Below, in pieces: positions 10,049 to 19,374 of a stretch of 64,000 bases of DNA. The stretch comes from Candidatus Bathyarchaeota archaeon. Its GTDB lineage: Archaea > Thermoproteota > Bathyarchaeia > Bathyarchaeales > Bathycorpusculaceae. Both the position numbers and the translations under genes were made by a program. The stretch spans positions 32,001 through 96,000 of the forward strand of contig CAVZPM010000009.1 of NCBI GenBank assembly GCA_963777155.1, written 5' to 3'. Numbering within the stretch: the first letter of the stretch is position 1; each line of letters starts with the position of its first letter. The notes below the pieces were generated by a model. It saw only the letters and a program-made list of their open reading frames with translations, had not been told where the DNA came from and searched no databases.

Positions 10049-10162
10049 GTGGAAATCGACAAAGCAGAGGACCTAAAGCAAACACTCGTGAATAGTGGTT
10101 ACTCTATCGATGTAGCTGAAAAAATTGTAGCGCACTATTTTAAAGATATTGAAAGTGTTTAA
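10049..10162 (+). CDS. Possible small protein (37 aa)
   Basis: GTG 10049 gives MEIDKAEDLKQTLVNSGYSIDVAEKIVAHYFKDIESV, an amphipathic two-helix pattern, with TATA-like TTTATA at ~10012. Confidence 0.4.
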   Translation: MEIDKAEDLKQTLVNSGYSIDVAEKIVAHYFKDIESV

Positions 10163-10763
10163 CGTACTCCAAGACTTTGTCAGCCTGTTCCTTAGAAATA
10201 TGTTTTCCCAGGTATAGTGAGTTTACGATATCCGTGATTTTTGCTAGAGAGTGAACTTGATAGCCGAGTTTTTCTAGTTTTTCTTTACCGCCGTGCTCAC
10301 GGTTTACCACGACTAGCAAATGTTTTACAGAGGCACCGAGATCCTGGAGGGGTTTAATGCCTTCGACTTTGGATAACCCTTCGCTTATTACGTCGTCGAA
10401 GAAGATTATTTGGTCGCCTTTGTTTACGTCTGCACCTGCTATTCTCCCTGTGACACCGTAGGCTTTCTCTTCTTTCCGGACAATAATGCAGGGTAGGTTT
10501 AGGTTGCAGGCAATGCTTGGCGCAATCAATGCACCCTTAAGTTCAATGGAAGCTAACTTGTCTATTTGGTCGACAGCCATTATTCCCTTGATCTTTTCCG
10601 AAGCGGCTTCAGCTATTGTGCAGAGTTGTTTCGGCGCAGAAAGCACTCGTGCTAAGTCGATGTAGTAAGGGCTTGTTGCTCCAGACTTGATTTTAAAACT
10701 ACCGAATTTTAAGCATCCGGAAAAATAAAGAGCGTCAGCCACTCTATCTGTAACAGTTGACAT
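10140..10763 (-). CDS. pyrE: Orotate phosphoribosyltransferase
   Basis: LKFGSFKIKSGATSPYYIDL, IVRKEEKAYG, FFDDVISEG PRPP loop. Confidence 0.92.
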   Translation of the reverse strand: MSTVTDRVADALYFSGCLKFGSFKIKSGATSPYYIDLARVLSAPKQLCTIAEAASEKIKGIMAVDQIDKLASIELKGALIAPSIACNLNLPCIIVRKEEKAYGVTGRIAGADVNKGDQIIFFDDVISEGLSKVEGIKPLQDLGASVKHLLVVVNREHGGKEKLEKLGYQVHSLAKITDIVNSLYLGKHISKEQADKVLEYVKHFQYL

Positions 10764-11151
10764 GTGAAATTTCCCTGAGTTGAATGCTCACTTGCAGATT
10801 TAACCCTTTACCATCTTATTTTTCGGTCACAAGGTGAGTTAAGAAGTAAGATTTTTCCCTCATTAGCCCATCGCAAAAAAGAGTCTGTTTTTTTCCTGAG
10901 CAAAAAGAAGGGAAGACTTTACAAACTTATGATTAAGAGTTATCTACGAATAGTTGCTGTTTGATAGGACAATAACAGTTGCATTTACAGAATTGGGTAA
11001 GGCTTGTTTTGGGTCGATTTTGATATTTGTTTTTGTAAAGGCTGCAGGGTACAGTGTAGAATTGTTAGAGAAGATGAGGTTCTTTTAGGCGCCGACTGAA
11101 TGAGAGCCCTCCGGATTTCCCAAGCCAACCGCAGGTTGAAAAAAACGAGGG

Positions 11152-12126
11152 TTAAACGACCAAGTCAGCCATGTCTACGCTTCTCTCGTAAATCTGCCTA
11201 AGAAAAGACACTGCCGACAAAATCTGAGGCATCAAATCTACCGACGAATCCTTCGCCAACTGTTCAATGCTTGAGTAGGTCGACTCGATTTTCTCGCGTA
11301 GATTTCGAACGTTTTCTGCTAATGAAATATCCTTGTTTAAGAAAGCTCTGATTGCTTGCTCGTTAGCTCCAGAACAGGCAAATAGCAGTTCAGACAGCAA
11401 CTTACGAAGGTCATCAGATAGTTTGATTCCGTTGAGTGCCAAAGTGTTTGAAGCAAACTGAACACAGGAGTCACCGATTCCTTCGATTAGGCTTGCAGCC
11501 AAACGATAGTCTAAGCACTCAATGGGCGTGATCCCAAGTTTATCACTCAACCTTGGATTCTGGATAATCGTCCGAAGAGTTCTTACGAGCAAAAAGTAAA
11601 GTCTGTTGCTTTCGTTGTCACGTGAGACCACGCTTTTAGCAAGCTCGAGATCGCTGTTAATAAAAGAGTTAGTGACATCTTTAATCATCCCTGCGACTAA
11701 ACCATGGTTTCGCTGTAGAATTTTTTCAGGCAAAAACCCAAAAGGTTGTTGTGATATGCTCTGTAGGGAAATCTTGCAAATGTTTTCTTCTACGATCTCT
11801 AAGCCTGCCAGAGAACTAGCTGTTGTCTTAACTATTTTTCTTGCAGTGGCATCGATCCGATCCTTGACTTCAATGTTAATAGTATCATAGCCTAACAAGT
11901 ATCGACCCACAATTTCACGCCCCAAAAAAGGACCGACACCCAAAATTGCAACTTTAGGTTCAGGTTCAGCCGCGTTCTTAGGATCAACAAGAAGTTTACC
12001 TTCACCTGTTACCTCCAAATTTACTAAAGCTCCTTTCTTTAAGCCGTTTTCTTTAGCCCAATCTCTGGGTAGGCAAACAAAGAAAGTTCCTGTTGGTGTT
12101 TGCTGAATTTTACGTGATTCACTCAT
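11152..12126 (-). CDS. phoU: Phosphate uptake regulator (AbrB N-domain + PhoU repeats)
   Basis: RKIQQTPTGTFFVCLPRDWA AbrB-like start, YLLGYD, RLYFLLVR, LIEGIGD. Confidence 0.88.
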   Translation of the reverse strand: MSESRKIQQTPTGTFFVCLPRDWAKENGLKKGALVNLEVTGEGKLLVDPKNAAEPEPKVAILGVGPFLGREIVGRYLLGYDTINIEVKDRIDATARKIVKTTASSLAGLEIVEENICKISLQSISQQPFGFLPEKILQRNHGLVAGMIKDVTNSFINSDLELAKSVVSRDNESNRLYFLLVRTLRTIIQNPRLSDKLGITPIECLDYRLAASLIEGIGDSCVQFASNTLALNGIKLSDDLRKLLSELLFACSGANEQAIRAFLNKDISLAENVRNLREKIESTYSSIEQLAKDSSVDLMPQILSAVSFLRQIYERSVDMADLVV

Positions 12127-12364
12127 ATGCATTTGCACCTTGGGAAGATATAACATATCTAAACTATGGTTTGATTATTTAAATTGAATTGATTTTACAT
12201 AACTTATCGACCAAAAATACAATTCTAAAAGAATAGAGCAAGAATCCTTGGTTTGAATTATTTTAAGAAAAAGAGAAAGGGAAAACAAAAAACAGTAAAT
12301 AACTCAAGAGCATAACTGCCTAACATAAAAATCGTCTCTGACTATTGGTCGAGGTAAGAACTCG

Positions 12365-13939
12365 ATGAACGCGCAAGAAAAACTTCAGAGGGCAATCCAA
12401 GTAACAATCGCCGCGGGATATCAACTAAACAGCGAAGCCTTCGAGTTTCTATGCCAAAACTGCGAAACAAGCGATCCAGTCACCATCATGAATCTCGCTT
12501 TTGAAAGGATACAGGCATTGCAGGAAAAGCCAATGTTTATTGAGAGAGGTTTTTTGGAAGCTCTCCTACAGCCTGCGATATCAGTGCTCGAAACACACTT
12601 GCCAGAGTTAAAAAAACCCCCAGAACCGCAAGCTACTATGGAACCTCTGACGACCCCAGAGACGATTATTGATGAAGCCGAATTCTATCCATACGCAAAA
12701 GACATACCTGCAGACTTCAAAATCATAGAAGACGCAACGGGCAAACTGAGCTCAAACGGAACACTCGACGAATACGTACTTTATTTTCAAGACCGCTTCA
12801 AACGCATTGAACACTTGCTAAGACAGAGAATGGACGTTAAAGCTGCAACCTCAATTCTGGAAGCATTAAAATCACCTGCAAAAACCAAACTAAAAATTAT
12901 CTGCATGTTAACTGAGAAGCGGGATTCAAAGAACCACACTATTCTTTCTGTTGAAGACTTGCAGGGTAGCGCAACTGTGCTGGTACCCCAAAAAGCGGCT
13001 GAAGAAGTTAAGAAGAAAGTCCTCATGCTTCTTCCTGATCAAGTAGTATGCCTGGCCGTAATCAAAACCCGAACCAACCTCCTAATGGTTGAAGACATTA
13101 TCTTTCCAGAGATAGGTAAAAAACAGCAACAGAGGGCAGAAGAACCAGTCTATGCAGTTCTTACTTCCGACATTCATATCGGTAGCACCAAGTTCACTAG
13201 AGATTCCTTTAAAAGATTCATACTCTGGCTCCAAGGTAAATACGGAACTCCAGAGATGCGGGAAATCGCTAGCCGAGTAAAGTACATCTTGGTCGCTGGA
13301 GACATTGTTGATGGCGTGGGAATCTATCCCGGCCAACAATATGAACTGACCATACGCGATGTGCACAAACAATATGACTTTGCTGCAAAATATCTTGAAA
13401 AGATTCCGGATTACATTGAAATCTTTCTCTCTCCGGGGAACCATGATGCAGCTCGTAAATCATTACCGCAACCAGCTATACCTGAAGGGTACCTAACAGC
13501 GATTAAAGGAAAAAAGAACATTCATTCAGTCGGTAGCCCATGTCTTCTAAGCCTTCATGGAGTTGAAGTTCTCATGTACCATGGTAGAAGTTTAGATGAC
13601 ATAATAGCGGTTATCCCTGGAATGGACCATGAACATCCCGAGAAAGCAATGCGGCTACTTATCCAGAGCCGTCATCTAGCACCTGTCTATGGCGGAAAAA
13701 CAATGCTTTCCCCAGAAAACCGAGATTACCTCGTTATCGACAGAGTGCCAGACATTTTCCATGCTGGGCACATACATGTTTTAGGTTATTGTAATTACCG
13801 TGGTGTGCTAGTTGTTAATTCGGGGGGTTGGCAAGACCAAACCGACTATATGGAGAAGTTAGGATTGGTCCCTACACCAGGAAAAGTGCCAGTGGTGAAC
13901 CTGCAAACAATGCATATTACTGTTTTGTCATTTAACTGA
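12365..13939 (+). CDS. polB: DNA polymerase D small (exonuclease) subunit DP1
   Basis: YFQDRF, OB fold, SDIHIGS, AGDIVDGVGIYPGQ, PGNHD, YHG, HLAP, FHAGHIH. Confidence 0.97.
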   Translation: MNAQEKLQRAIQVTIAAGYQLNSEAFEFLCQNCETSDPVTIMNLAFERIQALQEKPMFIERGFLEALLQPAISVLETHLPELKKPPEPQATMEPLTTPETIIDEAEFYPYAKDIPADFKIIEDATGKLSSNGTLDEYVLYFQDRFKRIEHLLRQRMDVKAATSILEALKSPAKTKLKIICMLTEKRDSKNHTILSVEDLQGSATVLVPQKAAEEVKKKVLMLLPDQVVCLAVIKTRTNLLMVEDIIFPEIGKKQQQRAEEPVYAVLTSDIHIGSTKFTRDSFKRFILWLQGKYGTPEMREIASRVKYILVAGDIVDGVGIYPGQQYELTIRDVHKQYDFAAKYLEKIPDYIEIFLSPGNHDAARKSLPQPAIPEGYLTAIKGKKNIHSVGSPCLLSLHGVEVLMYHGRSLDDIIAVIPGMDHEHPEKAMRLLIQSRHLAPVYGGKTMLSPENRDYLVIDRVPDIFHAGHIHVLGYCNYRGVLVVNSGGWQDQTDYMEKLGLVPTPGKVPVVNLQTMHITVLSFN

Positions 13940-13954
13940 CTTAGACACTACCAG

Positions 13955-15181
13955 CTAAATTCTTGTGGGATATTTGGGGGAATATTCAAATAAACGACTA
14001 AAGCGGTTATCACCACCAAGAACATCTCTAATCAAGCTACGGGAAATCTCCAGTCTAATCTTCTTAGTTCTGCCGTATCGACCCATGCTTACAACTTTTG
14101 CGTTTACAAGACCCATCGAATCAAGCTCATTGACCAAAGTACCTAAACGACGTTGCGTAAGAAGCCCAGAGCCCATCTCCCCGCACAATTCGTTGTAAAT
14201 GTCGTATATTTCCCCGGTTGTAGCGCTCGGTTTGTTTAGATGGTAAACACTCAACAGCACCAGCTTGGAATGCAAAGTCAAGTTATTTAGAGCTTCAACC
14301 ACACGGTTGTGCTCAATGTGTTTCTCCGCTTGGCGCACATGCTCTTCAGTAATTATTTTAGCACCTAAACGTTCAGCAACTTCTCCAGCCACGCGTAACA
14401 GATCCAAAGCTCGTCTAGCATCTCCATGTTCCGCTGCAGCTAAAGCTGAGCAAATACTTAATGCTGAATCAGATAACACTCCATCTTGGAAAGATAATTT
14501 TGAGCGTTCAAGCAAAATATTTCTGAGCTCACCAGCATCATACGGTCTAAAGACTAGTTCTTCTTCACTTAGTGAACTAAAGACCCGTGGGTCCAGAAAT
14601 TCTTTTAGGCGCAAATCATTGGATATACCGATTAGGGCAACTTTGCTTTTGGTTAGCGTTTCGTTTATCCTTGTCAATTCATACATGAATGCGTCGCCAT
14701 GTTCCTTAATCAACGCATCAACCTCATCTAAGACTATTATGAATATTACTCTAGATTGATCTAACCCTGCTCGGAATCTGTCGAAAACTTCTCCCGAAGA
14801 TAACCCTGTGAAGGGAATTGATAAACCCACACTTTGGCTCAGACTTGCAAAAACCCTATATTCAGAACCTGTCATCCTGCAGTTTATGTAGCAGAATTTT
14901 ACTTGCGCACCATACTCCTTAGCCTTGGATTCCAGATGACTTAAAACATATTTTGTTACAGCTGTTTTTCCTGTGCCAGTTTTTCCGTAAATGAAGATAT
15001 TTGAACATCTTGAGTCTCTCAACACTGGAGCAACCGTTGCACCTAAAAGTCTGATCTGGTCTTCGCGGTGTGGAAGCTTTTCAGGAAGATAATCATGTCT
15101 TAAGACCTCACGGTCCTTAAACAATTTAACACCGTTAACGAAGTTTTCGAATACATCATCTAATACATTTGAGTTGCCCAT
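13955..15181 (-). CDS. cdc6: Orc1/Cdc6 replication initiator
   Basis: LPHREDQI, GKTGTGKT, IVLDEVD, HGDARRALDLLR, C-terminal wHTH with GRYGRT. Confidence 0.98.
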   Translation of the reverse strand: MGNSNVLDDVFENFVNGVKLFKDREVLRHDYLPEKLPHREDQIRLLGATVAPVLRDSRCSNIFIYGKTGTGKTAVTKYVLSHLESKAKEYGAQVKFCYINCRMTGSEYRVFASLSQSVGLSIPFTGLSSGEVFDRFRAGLDQSRVIFIIVLDEVDALIKEHGDAFMYELTRINETLTKSKVALIGISNDLRLKEFLDPRVFSSLSEEELVFRPYDAGELRNILLERSKLSFQDGVLSDSALSICSALAAAEHGDARRALDLLRVAGEVAERLGAKIITEEHVRQAEKHIEHNRVVEALNNLTLHSKLVLLSVYHLNKPSATTGEIYDIYNELCGEMGSGLLTQRRLGTLVNELDSMGLVNAKVVSMGRYGRTKKIRLEISRSLIRDVLGGDNRFSRLFEYSPKYPTRI

Positions 15182-15217
15182 TAGCCCATCCCTCTTATTC
15201 TATAGGCAACACGGTTA

Positions 15218-15794
15218 TTTCGAGTGGAACAGATAAAGGATACACTACAAAAAACTGGTTTTAGAACACAACAATCCTAAAAATCAATGAAAACAAGCGT
15301 TAACAACCAAACAAAGCAAGAGAAGACACACCCCAACGCTTCTACTGGAGAAATAAGCCACTTAAAAGAAAAGTACTAATTATAATATATGTAAATATAT
15401 ACTCTGGTAGGTTAAAAGTTCTTAAGTATATTAATAATTGTCATCCAAGAAATTAGACAAACATTCTGCAAATATTTTTTCAAGCTTTCCTGTCTTCTTT
15501 TTATCCTAAAACTTCGAGAGGAAACGTAGGGGTGGCCCTAAAACTAATTTATCTATGGAAAACACTTGGTTATAGATGGCAAGTTGTTTGATTTTAGCAT
15601 AATCTCGGTATAATCAACTCCGAGTAAAATTTGCCTCTTTTCGGAATAAAATTATGTTTGGCTTCACGTTCACAAAATTGTGAATACGTATGAAATAACA
15701 AAAATTCTGTTGGATTGTCAAGCTCTTTTTCCTATTAATTACCCTATTTCTGTCTTTCACAAGTGAATAAGCCACCCCTTCACTTCTACTGGAA
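15218..15794. other. oriC: Replication origin oriC with ORB elements and AT-rich unwinding tracts
   Basis: ORB-like boxes: TTTCGAGTGGAAC (+15218), CTCCAGTAGAAGCGTTGGGGT (-15330..15350), TTCGAGAGGAAACGTAGGGGT (+15513..15533), TTCCAGTAGAAGTGAAGGGGT (-15774..15794). Very AT-rich tract at 15361-15480. Lies directly upstream of cdc6. Confidence 0.9.
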
Positions 15795-15989
15795 AACCGA
15801 AACAAGGACTGAACAATAATCTTTCAGCCTATCTGTTTATCTGTGAAGCTGGTAATAGCAATAAAGCTCCAAAAACAGCCGAATCAGCAAAAACAAGCAC
15901 TAATCCACCTTTTCATATGTGTCCAATTCACCGTAACAGCTTTAAGGTGTGAAGTGCAAAGTTGTGAACAACCTTAAGGTGTATCTGGG

Positions 15990-16418
15990 ATGCCGGCTCG
16001 TAAAATGCGCGTTGAGCTGTTCGATAGCGATGGTAATCGATATACCATTGCTTTTGAGGGTCAAGTAACCCGCGATAAAGCTCTGCGCCTACTTGACCTT
16101 GTCGAATTGCTAGGTGGTACACCTGGAGAAGGTCCAACTGTAAGCACAGGGCCAGTGATGCCTAACCGTGCCTTGTCACGTTTTGAGAAAGTCCAGTTGG
16201 TTATCCAAAAGAATTTTCCATTAATTTGGTTCTCTTCTAAAGACATTCAATCCATTTATGAACAGGAACTCAAAGAGCCAGTTGGCCTAAGCACTGTATC
16301 CACTTACCTCTCAAGGATGTCTGCTAAAGGTATGCTGATGAGGACTGGCGGATCAAACAGCCTCAAATACAAGACTGCGCCAAATGTTCCACAGGCAATT
16401 AAGCAGCGTATAAAATAG
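15990..16418 (+). CDS. Uncharacterised origin-adjacent protein with C-terminal winged HTH
   Basis: Small N-domain, Pro/Gly linker, then FSSKDIQSIYEQELKEPVGLSTVSTYLSRMSAKGML..T...KY wHTH pattern. Confidence 0.8.
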   Translation: MPARKMRVELFDSDGNRYTIAFEGQVTRDKALRLLDLVELLGGTPGEGPTVSTGPVMPNRALSRFEKVQLVIQKNFPLIWFSSKDIQSIYEQELKEPVGLSTVSTYLSRMSAKGMLMRTGGSNSLKYKTAPNVPQAIKQRIK

Positions 16419-16476
16419 CTTCACAATCTCTTCACAATATAGCATCAACTTGTGAATGAAGCTAAAGATTTTATTG

Positions 16477-17337
16477 TTAGGTTGTTGGAGGTTCAGCCTT
16501 CTGTAGCAGAGCTTCCATTTCTTTCTTGATAGTATAGAGGAACGGAATCTTTCCTGCTTCCCTCTCAACATATCCTTCTTCATAGATCTTCTTCATCAAC
16601 CGTGCAGTATGCTCTCTACTAAGGTGGACTCTCTCTTTGATTTCCGGGGCAGTCTTCGCGCCTTCTTTTAAGAGCATTTCAAGCACTGTGATCTCTGTGT
16701 CAGTTAGAGCTGCTAAGGCTTTGTCGCGTCTAATGGGTACAGGTGGCAATAGAATTTCTGTTCTAATCTCTTGCTGTGGTTGAGCAACGGATAGTTTCTG
16801 GATTTGTTCCTCGAACCCTGCAATTCTATTTTTAAGAGATTCCTGTGTAGCCACGATGTCTTGGAGCTTTGCCTCTAATCCGGACAACCCAGACGTGATG
16901 GTGACATTGTTTTGCGTGTTTACTGATAAGTTCTTCGTAATTGTCTTTGACATCTCTTGCTGTGATTGGCTAAGCGCGCTAAGTTGGATTTCGAGTGGCT
17001 CGATTTTGCCCTCTAATCTTTCTGCTTTTCGGTGGCTGGCATCAGCTGCGATGTAGCTGCCATCGACTTTGGAAACCATTGTGTCAAATTTGTTAGCTTC
17101 ACGTTTTAATTCACGGTTGAAACTTAGCACAATATCCTCAATGAACTCTCTAGCTTTCTCATATTCTCTATGTGCCCTGCGTATTTGACGATAATATTCA
17201 TACGCAGCTACCGCTGTTAAAGCTAATAATACGCCAAAGATTATTGCCGTTAGGTCAACCGTACTTTTCCTCCCCTGTGATTTGACCGTGACCCCGCGTG
17301 ATTTAACGGTTGCATCACACATCACAGTATTCTCCAT
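16477..17337 (-). CDS. Membrane-anchored coiled-coil protein with C-terminal winged HTH
   Basis: TM LTAIIFGVLLALTAVAAYEYY, long heptad-rich region, then LTDTEITVLEMLLKEGAKTAPEIKERVHLSREHTARLMKKIYEEGYVER wHTH. The real start may be near 17262. Confidence 0.85.
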   Translation of the reverse strand: MENTVMCDATVKSRGVTVKSQGRKSTVDLTAIIFGVLLALTAVAAYEYYRQIRRAHREYEKAREFIEDIVLSFNRELKREANKFDTMVSKVDGSYIAADASHRKAERLEGKIEPLEIQLSALSQSQQEMSKTITKNLSVNTQNNVTITSGLSGLEAKLQDIVATQESLKNRIAGFEEQIQKLSVAQPQQEIRTEILLPPVPIRRDKALAALTDTEITVLEMLLKEGAKTAPEIKERVHLSREHTARLMKKIYEEGYVEREAGKIPFLYTIKKEMEALLQKAEPPTT

Positions 17338-17560
17338 GGAAATTTAAGGTTATTGGTGACATCAATCCATGTTAGATATGACATCACACATCACAAACCG
17401 CCAAAATCCCTTCTGCTTATGTTTATCCATGTGTTAAAATAGCTTTGATTTAGCCTTATTTTGTGGAATAATCCTTGATTATTGAACCTGCGTGATATGT
17501 GATTTACTTCCTAAAAATATGGAAAAAATGATTGAATAACCTGTGATTTGTGACGTCACA
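17272..17560. repeat. Array 1 of the GTGAY/CCTGTGAT motif (13 copies)
   Basis: GTGAY or its reverse complement at 17277, 17288, 17298, 17314, 17321, 17356, 17383, 17390, 17492, 17499, 17543, 17550, 17555. Includes the palindrome TGTGACGTCACA at 17549-17560. Confidence 0.85.
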
Positions 17561-18053
17561 GGAGCTCTTCTGATGGACTAGAAAGCCGTTTTAAGCTCGT
17601 TTCGAGCTCCGTTCTGATGATTTCTATGACTTTTAGGTGGTCTTTTAGTTCCTCTTCCTTGCTAGGTATGTCCTGGTGAGCCTCGACATATTCGTGCAGT
17701 TTATTGGCTATTTCGAGGTATGGGTCGAGAGTTGTGGTCTCAAAAACACCCAAATACCCTAGAAGTAGTACTGTGTAGATGGATTTAATGACGTTTTCAT
17801 TGGACTGTTTTAAGGTCCTATTAAACGATCCACGACTTATTTTAGCCCTTGTTAGCCTTAAAGCGGCTTTTTCATCGTACTTTAGCTGTTTACCCGATAT
17901 ACTCTCGGCTAAAACGTTAATGAGCAAAGTTTCCAGTTGTGTTTTTGTTAAATGGCTATTTTTAGCCAGAATTTGCACAATAGGGTCGTTTAACGCCCCA
18001 TTTAACCAAGCTGTTACGCCGTCTTTTAGCTTCAAATCTATGCTTTCCTCCAT
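17556..18053 (-). CDS. Uncharacterised HTH-like protein
   Basis: LTKTQLETLL...YDEKAALR...ISRGSFNRTLKQS (sigma-70 r4/Tfx-like HTH pattern), followed by IYTVLLLGYLGV. Confidence 0.78.
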   Translation of the reverse strand: MEESIDLKLKDGVTAWLNGALNDPIVQILAKNSHLTKTQLETLLINVLAESISGKQLKYDEKAALRLTRAKISRGSFNRTLKQSNENVIKSIYTVLLLGYLGVFETTTLDPYLEIANKLHEYVEAHQDIPSKEEELKDHLKVIEIIRTELETSLKRLSSPSEELL

Positions 18054-18402
18054 ACTCCAAATGGATACAGATTTGTATACTGCGCCTGCTTTTTATCCTT
18101 TAGACGGACCCTAAACTCTCAAAACCGCTCAATAAAATGGTCAAAACAGCACTAAAACGCTAAAATAACTCTAAATTTCAGACCTTTATTAAAATCTACA
18201 GTAATTTGGTACAATTAACATAATAAAGGCTAAAATATCGGGAGGTTTTTCAGTGAATATGCCTGAACTTTACACAAAAAATGCACTTTTGTAGGCGCAC
18301 CAAACCCGCCACACCTCTTTTTTTAATATTTCCGACGAAATAGCACACAGTTTTAGCTGCCTATTCTATAATTAAAACACATTTTTACATGCAAGTCTCC
18401 CA

Positions 18403-18495
18403 TGTGACACCATTAAAAAAACCTGTGATGTCACTAAAAAACCGTGATTTAGCCAAAATTCACTTGATATCACAACCCTGTGATTCACCTGTGAT
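18403..18495. repeat. Array 2 of the GTGAY/CCTGTGAT motif (7 copies)
   Basis: Copies at 18404, 18425, 18430, 18444, 18469, 18480, 18491. AAAAAACC(T)GTGAT occurs twice. Confidence 0.85.
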
Positions 18496-18530
18496 GCCAA
18501 ACTCCAAGGCGACGATATATGTGTGAGGTG

Positions 18531-19364
18531 CTAAATTTGCTCTGAAAGCCGCTTTAGTTGATCATAAATCTCCGGTCTGAGATCACGGAGTGTAGGAATG
18601 AATGTTTCAGCGGCCCTCAAATCGCCAAAATCTACTTCGCAGACCACAAAATCCTCTTCATCATACTTTGCTTTAGCTAAAACGTCGCCTGTTGGACCCA
18701 CAAGGCGACTTCCACCCCAAAACTGCAGCCCATCCTCAACTCCTGCAAGGTTAACATATGCGAGATACGCGGTATTTTCCAAGGCTCTGGCGGCTGTTAG
18801 GATTTCAAAGTAGCCTCTACGCACCGCCGGTGACGCGGAAATGCAGATTATGAGTTGTGCACCCTTCAATCTCGGCAGCCTAAATACTTCTGGAAAGAAA
18901 ACATCATAGCAAATTGTTAATCCAATGTTTCCGATTTCAGTTTGGAAAGCCGCTGGCTCATATCCAGGCCGAAAATATCTTTTCTCCTCAAACACGCTGT
19001 GAGTAGGCAAGTACATTTTTCGGTATTTACCGATTAAACCCTGTGGCCCAATAAAGACTGCGGTGTTATAGACTGTTGCTTGAGTTTTTTCGCTTAGTTC
19101 AGGCATCCCAAAAATGATGTACATACCTGTTTTCTTGGCTAGCGTCGTTATCTTCTCAGTTGTGGGTCCAGGAATTGTTTCAGCCAACTCGTATACTTGA
19201 TCTAAAATAACATAACCCGTCAAGCACATCTCGGGAAAAATGGCTATATCTGCACCCTGCCGTTTTGCTTCTAAGGTCAAATTCTCAATTTTTTGCAAGT
19301 TCTCGGTTTTGTTTTCCCGTTTACTACTTATCTGGCACAGGGCAAGTTTGATTTTATGCTTCAT
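18531..19364 (-). CDS. Nitrilase-family carbon-nitrogen hydrolase (possible glutaminase partner of NadE)
   Basis: FPE, YRKMYLP, ICYD (E-K-C triad), ARALEN, FWGGS. ATG 19364 is the likely start. Confidence 0.92.
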   Translation of the reverse strand: MKHKIKLALCQISSKRENKTENLQKIENLTLEAKRQGADIAIFPEMCLTGYVILDQVYELAETIPGPTTEKITTLAKKTGMYIIFGMPELSEKTQATVYNTAVFIGPQGLIGKYRKMYLPTHSVFEEKRYFRPGYEPAAFQTEIGNIGLTICYDVFFPEVFRLPRLKGAQLIICISASPAVRRGYFEILTAARALENTAYLAYVNLAGVEDGLQFWGGSRLVGPTGDVLAKAKYDEEDFVVCEVDFGDLRAAETFIPTLRDLRPEIYDQLKRLSEQI

Positions 19365-19374
19365 TTTTCCACTT

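Noticed and set aside
11088-11146. GC-richer patch with a small CAACC/GGTTG hairpin after phoU, as a tRNA or sRNA
   Set aside because: No cloverleaf, T-loop or ordered C/D boxes. It is compatible with a terminator region.
17272-18495. Repeat arrays as a CRISPR array or extra ORB boxes
   Set aside because: The units are only 5-8 bp, in mixed orientation with irregular spacing. There is no repeat-spacer period and no match to the ORB consensus.
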